Shown: positions 60,696-64,000 of the stretch, piece by piece
Layout: every line of letters begins with the position of its first letter
How positions within the stretch are numbered: the stretch's first letter is position 1
Origin: Macrostomum hystrix
Lineage: Eukaryota > Animalia > Platyhelminthes
NCBI GenBank assembly: GCA_950097015.1
Contig: CATNEN010000038.1
Coordinates: 34,534,001 to 34,598,000 of the forward strand
DNA: 64,000 nucleotides
Direction: 5' to 3'
Notes under the pieces: generated by a model
Told to the model about the DNA's origin: nothing
Database searches by the model: none
The model's input: only the letters and a program-made list of their open reading frames with translations
Position numbers and translations under genes: made by a program

Positions 60696-61090
60696 TAATA
60701 ATAATAATAATTTCTTCATAATAATTAAAATTTGCACGACTCCCGACCCGCAGCCAGGGAACAGTTCACTGCCTGACGATGAGAAGTACAGTATCTGTGT
60801 GCGTGTGTGCTCAGGAGTAATCGAAATGGGCAGAACTGCCTCCTCGCTGACTGCGGGTCTAGTGTCACCAAATGATGTGCCATTGCCAGCAGCCCTCCTG
60901 CAAATATTCAGCACACACGCGCTGGCCTGACTTTCTCATCGTCAGGCAGTGTACACTGTCACTGTGCCGTGGAGGTTGGCCCTCAAGGGCGTAAATTGTG
61001 CGACAACCCCCTTATACTTTCTCTCCGCGGCTGCGCCCCAAATGAATGTGGCCTCGCCGCGGAATCGAGCTCAGAGACCTGGTGCGAACG
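60696..61090. mobile_element. Scrambled, inverted cluster of SINE fragments
   Basis: An (AAT)n tract and short minus-strand pieces at 60696-60760, a plus-strand 3' half with a deletion at ~60766-60903, then a minus-strand 5' half at ~60925-61087. Confidence 0.8.
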
Positions 61091-62024
61091 ACTCAAGCTG
61101 CTCTTGCCCAATAGTTGTCAGTCCCGCATGTGGACTCAGACAAAAGAGCTTGCAGAGCTGCAGAACATAGAGAAAGTGGAACAGAGCCTTACACTGAACA
61201 ATAGAAGCATATCTCAATCATTTCTGACTGACACATTGTTCTCTTACGATTCTGTATTCAGTCAGAGAGTGATCTTCAGTGTGTCAATCAAATTTTGCAT
61301 CAGTTAGCTTGAGTTGCTTGAGTAATGAGACCATTCTCAATTTGTAACTTTATTGATTTATGTAAATGCTTGTGAAATAAAAATAACAATTAGTAATATG
61401 TTCCTGATCGTTTACGCAAACGGTCAGGAGTTCGATTCCGAGTCTTCGCCCGACTATAACTCAAATTGGCCTCCAAATTATTTAGTATTATTAATTAATC
61501 TGAGCTAAGATCTCAAAAGACGCCTATATGTATCGAAATATAATATGATTGTCAAAATTATAGATAAAAACACGAAATAAACCGCAAAAAAATATTTTTG
61601 ATTCCTGGCGCGATCGCGTGACTTGGCTCACACTTGGAGCAGTAAAATTCTCAAAGAGCATTTTAAAAAATTGAAGAGTTGGATGAGCATAATAGGCCAT
61701 TGTCAATCAAAATTAATCTAGAAGTCCACCTCTTTGAAAAGCTGCTGCTGCTGCTGCTACGTGGAATAGAAAGGATAGATGAGAATAGATTTTAATTGTG
61801 GCCACGTCAGAGACGCATGGTGTAAAGCAGAGGCTGCAGCAGCTGCTGCTTCTTTCTAATTCATTTTTCATGCTGCTGAATTTTAACAGCGGTTGGCCCA
61901 GATTCATTCGTGACTTGATAAGTCCCAGTTTTCTAGGAGACAAATTGATTTTATTTAATTCTGGTCACGAAGCTGGGAGACTCGGTAAATTATTTAAGAA
62001 GAATTCAATAAGAAAGAGAATATC

Positions 62025-63537
62025 AGGGAAGGGAGGAGATGCAGGGTAGTGAAGGGACGGGGAAGTGAGATGCACGGTAGTGAAGGGAGGGAAAGGGAGA
62101 TGCAGGGTAGTGAATAGAGGGAAATGGAGATGCAGGGTAGTGAATAGAGGGAAATGGAGATGCAGGGTAGTGAAGGGAGGGGAAGAGAGACGCAATGTAG
62201 TGAAGGGATGGAAAGGGAGATGCAGGGTAGTGAAGGGATGGAAAGGGAGATGCAGGGTAGTGAAGGGAGGGAAAGGGAGATGCAGGGTAGTGAAGGGAGG
62301 GAAAGGGAGATGCAGGGTAGTGAAGGGAGGGAAAGGGAGATGCAGGGTAGTGAAGGGAGGGAAATGGAGATGCAGGGCAGTGAAGGGAGGGGAAGGGAGA
62401 CGCAGTGTAGTGAAGGGAGGGAAAGGGAGACGCAGTGTAGTGAAGGGAGGGAAAGGGAGATGCAGGGTAGTGAAGGGAGGGAAATGGAGATGCAGGGTAG
62501 TGAAGGGAGGGAAAGGGAGATGCAGGGTAGTGAAGGGAGGGAAAGGGAGATGCAGGGTAGTGAAGGGAGGGAAAGGGAGATGCAGGGTAGTGAAGGGAGG
62601 GAAATGGAGATGCAGGGCAGTGAAGGGAGGGGAAGGGAGACGCAGTGTAGTGAAGGGAGGGAAAGGGAGACGCAGTGTAGTGAAGGGAGGGAAAGGGAGA
62701 TGCAGGGTAGTGAAGGGAGGGAAATGGAGATGCAGGGTAGTGAAGGGAGGGAAAGGGAGATGCAGGGTAGTGAAGGGAGGGAAATGGAGATGCAGGGTAG
62801 TGAAGGGAGGGAAATGGAGATGCAGGGCAGTGAAGGGAGGGGAAGGGAGACACAGTGTAGTGAAGGGAGGGAAAGGGAGACGCAGTGTAGTGAAGGGAGG
62901 GAAAGGGAGATGCAGGGTAGTGAAGGGAGGGAAATGGAGATGCAGGGTAGTGAAGGGAGGGAAAGGGAGATGCAGGGTAGTGAAGGGAGGGAAATGGAGA
63001 TGCAGGGTAGTGAAGGGAGGGAAAGGGAGATGCAGTGTAGTGAAGGGAGGGAAAGGGAGATGCAGGGTAGTGAAGGGAGGGAAAGGGAGATGCAGGGTAG
63101 TGAAGGGAGGGAAATGGAGATGCAGGGCAGTGAAGGGAGGGGAAGGGAGACGCAGTGTAGTGAAGGGAGGGAAAGGGAGACGCAGTGTAGTGAAGGGAGG
63201 GAAAGGGAGATGCAGGGTAGTGAAGGGAGGGAAATGGAGATGCAGGGTAGTGAAGGGAGGGAAAGGGAGATGCAGGGTAGTGAAGGGAGGGAAAGGGAGA
63301 TGCAGGGTAGTGAAGGGAGGGAAATGGAGATGCAGGGTAGTGAAGGGAGGGAAAGGGAGATGCAGTGTAGTGAAGGGAGGGAAAGGGAGATGCAGGGTAG
63401 TGAAGGGAGGGAAATGGAGATGCAGGGTAGTGAAGGGAGGGAAAGGGAGATGCAGGGTAGTGAAGGGAGGGAAATGGAGATGCAGGGTAGTGAAGGGAGG
63501 GGAAGGGAGACGCAGTTTAGTGAAGGGAGGGAAAGGG
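62025..63537. repeat. G-rich minisatellite, 30-bp unit gcagggtagtgaagggagggaaagggagat, ~50 copies
   Basis: Direct periodicity; variant blocks recur at a 240-bp spacing in part of the array. Confidence 0.97.
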
Positions 63538-63894
63538 TGCGAAAATTAGATACAGCATCGTGAGGGGGGGAAAGAAGGAGAGGAATGAGTGTGCAAATTG
63601 AGGAAACGTTGAATCAATAGGATTGGAAAAAGTGTGTTTCTATTGAGTTGCATGGTTCTGTTTAAAAGCTTCAGAAAACAGCTAGGTATAAAACAGAAGA
63701 TTAATAGCCAGAAATTACAGCAGTCAATGAGTTTCGCATTATTATATGAAGACATATTTATAGACTACTATCCAGTAGGATGTTCTGCGCATCAACTTTA
63801 TGATTAACTGCTTAATAAAAAAAGTTATGAGCTTCGTTTCAATTGAGACAAAGTTGAAAACCAGTTTAGTTTTTAAGCTAATTTTAAGCTACAA

Positions 63895-64000
63895 TCTAAG
63901 ATACTATTCTAATCAAGACCAGTCTATTCTAATCAAGACCAGTCTATTCTAATCTAGACCAGTCTATTCTAATCTAGGCCGGTCTATTCTAATCTAGACC
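63895..64000. repeat. Start of a 20-bp minisatellite agtctattctaatcaagacc (runs off the window)
   Basis: Direct periodicity. Confidence 0.88.

Noticed and set aside
62023-63563. Long repetitive ORFs here and at 4-726, 1044-1715, 14210-15460, 31866-33419, 36036-36710 and similar
   Set aside because: Translations of tandem repeats, many of them inside introns of real genes.

Overview
Eukaryotic (metazoan) genomic DNA with spliceosomal GT-AG introns. About 45% of the window (my rough sum, ~29 kb) is tandem repeat: ~35 minisatellites, almost all with different units. This, plus GC-rich Ala/Gln/Gly-rich exons, suggests a Macrostomum-like flatworm; that assignment is inference only. Five intron-containing genes can be assembled with phase-consistent splice sites: (1) the 5' part of an otopetrin-like channel (minus, runs off the left edge); (2) a MARK/PAR-1 kinase (minus; kinase, UBA and KA1 domains; start codon not identified); (3) a divergently oriented GRK4/5/6-type GPCR kinase (plus, 10 exons, 637 aa); (4) a single-pass LRR receptor-like protein without TIR (minus, 3 exons, 612 aa); (5) an orphan 4-exon gene (plus, 411 aa) that looks like a catalytically dead USP/CYLD-fold protein and has telomeric (CCCTAA)n inside a coding exon. 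A ~350-bp tRNA-derived SINE with an (ATT)n tail occurs about 8 times. Most long ORFs in the supplied track are read-throughs of minisatellites. Main leads: a private minisatellite in nearly every long intron, one array that is an 18-fold amplification of an exon end plus its 5' splice site, the pseudo-USP, an HDV-ribozyme-like motif in the SINE, and a sharply CpG-depleted, TAGGCCTA-rich segment next to the MARK/GRK divergent promoter.
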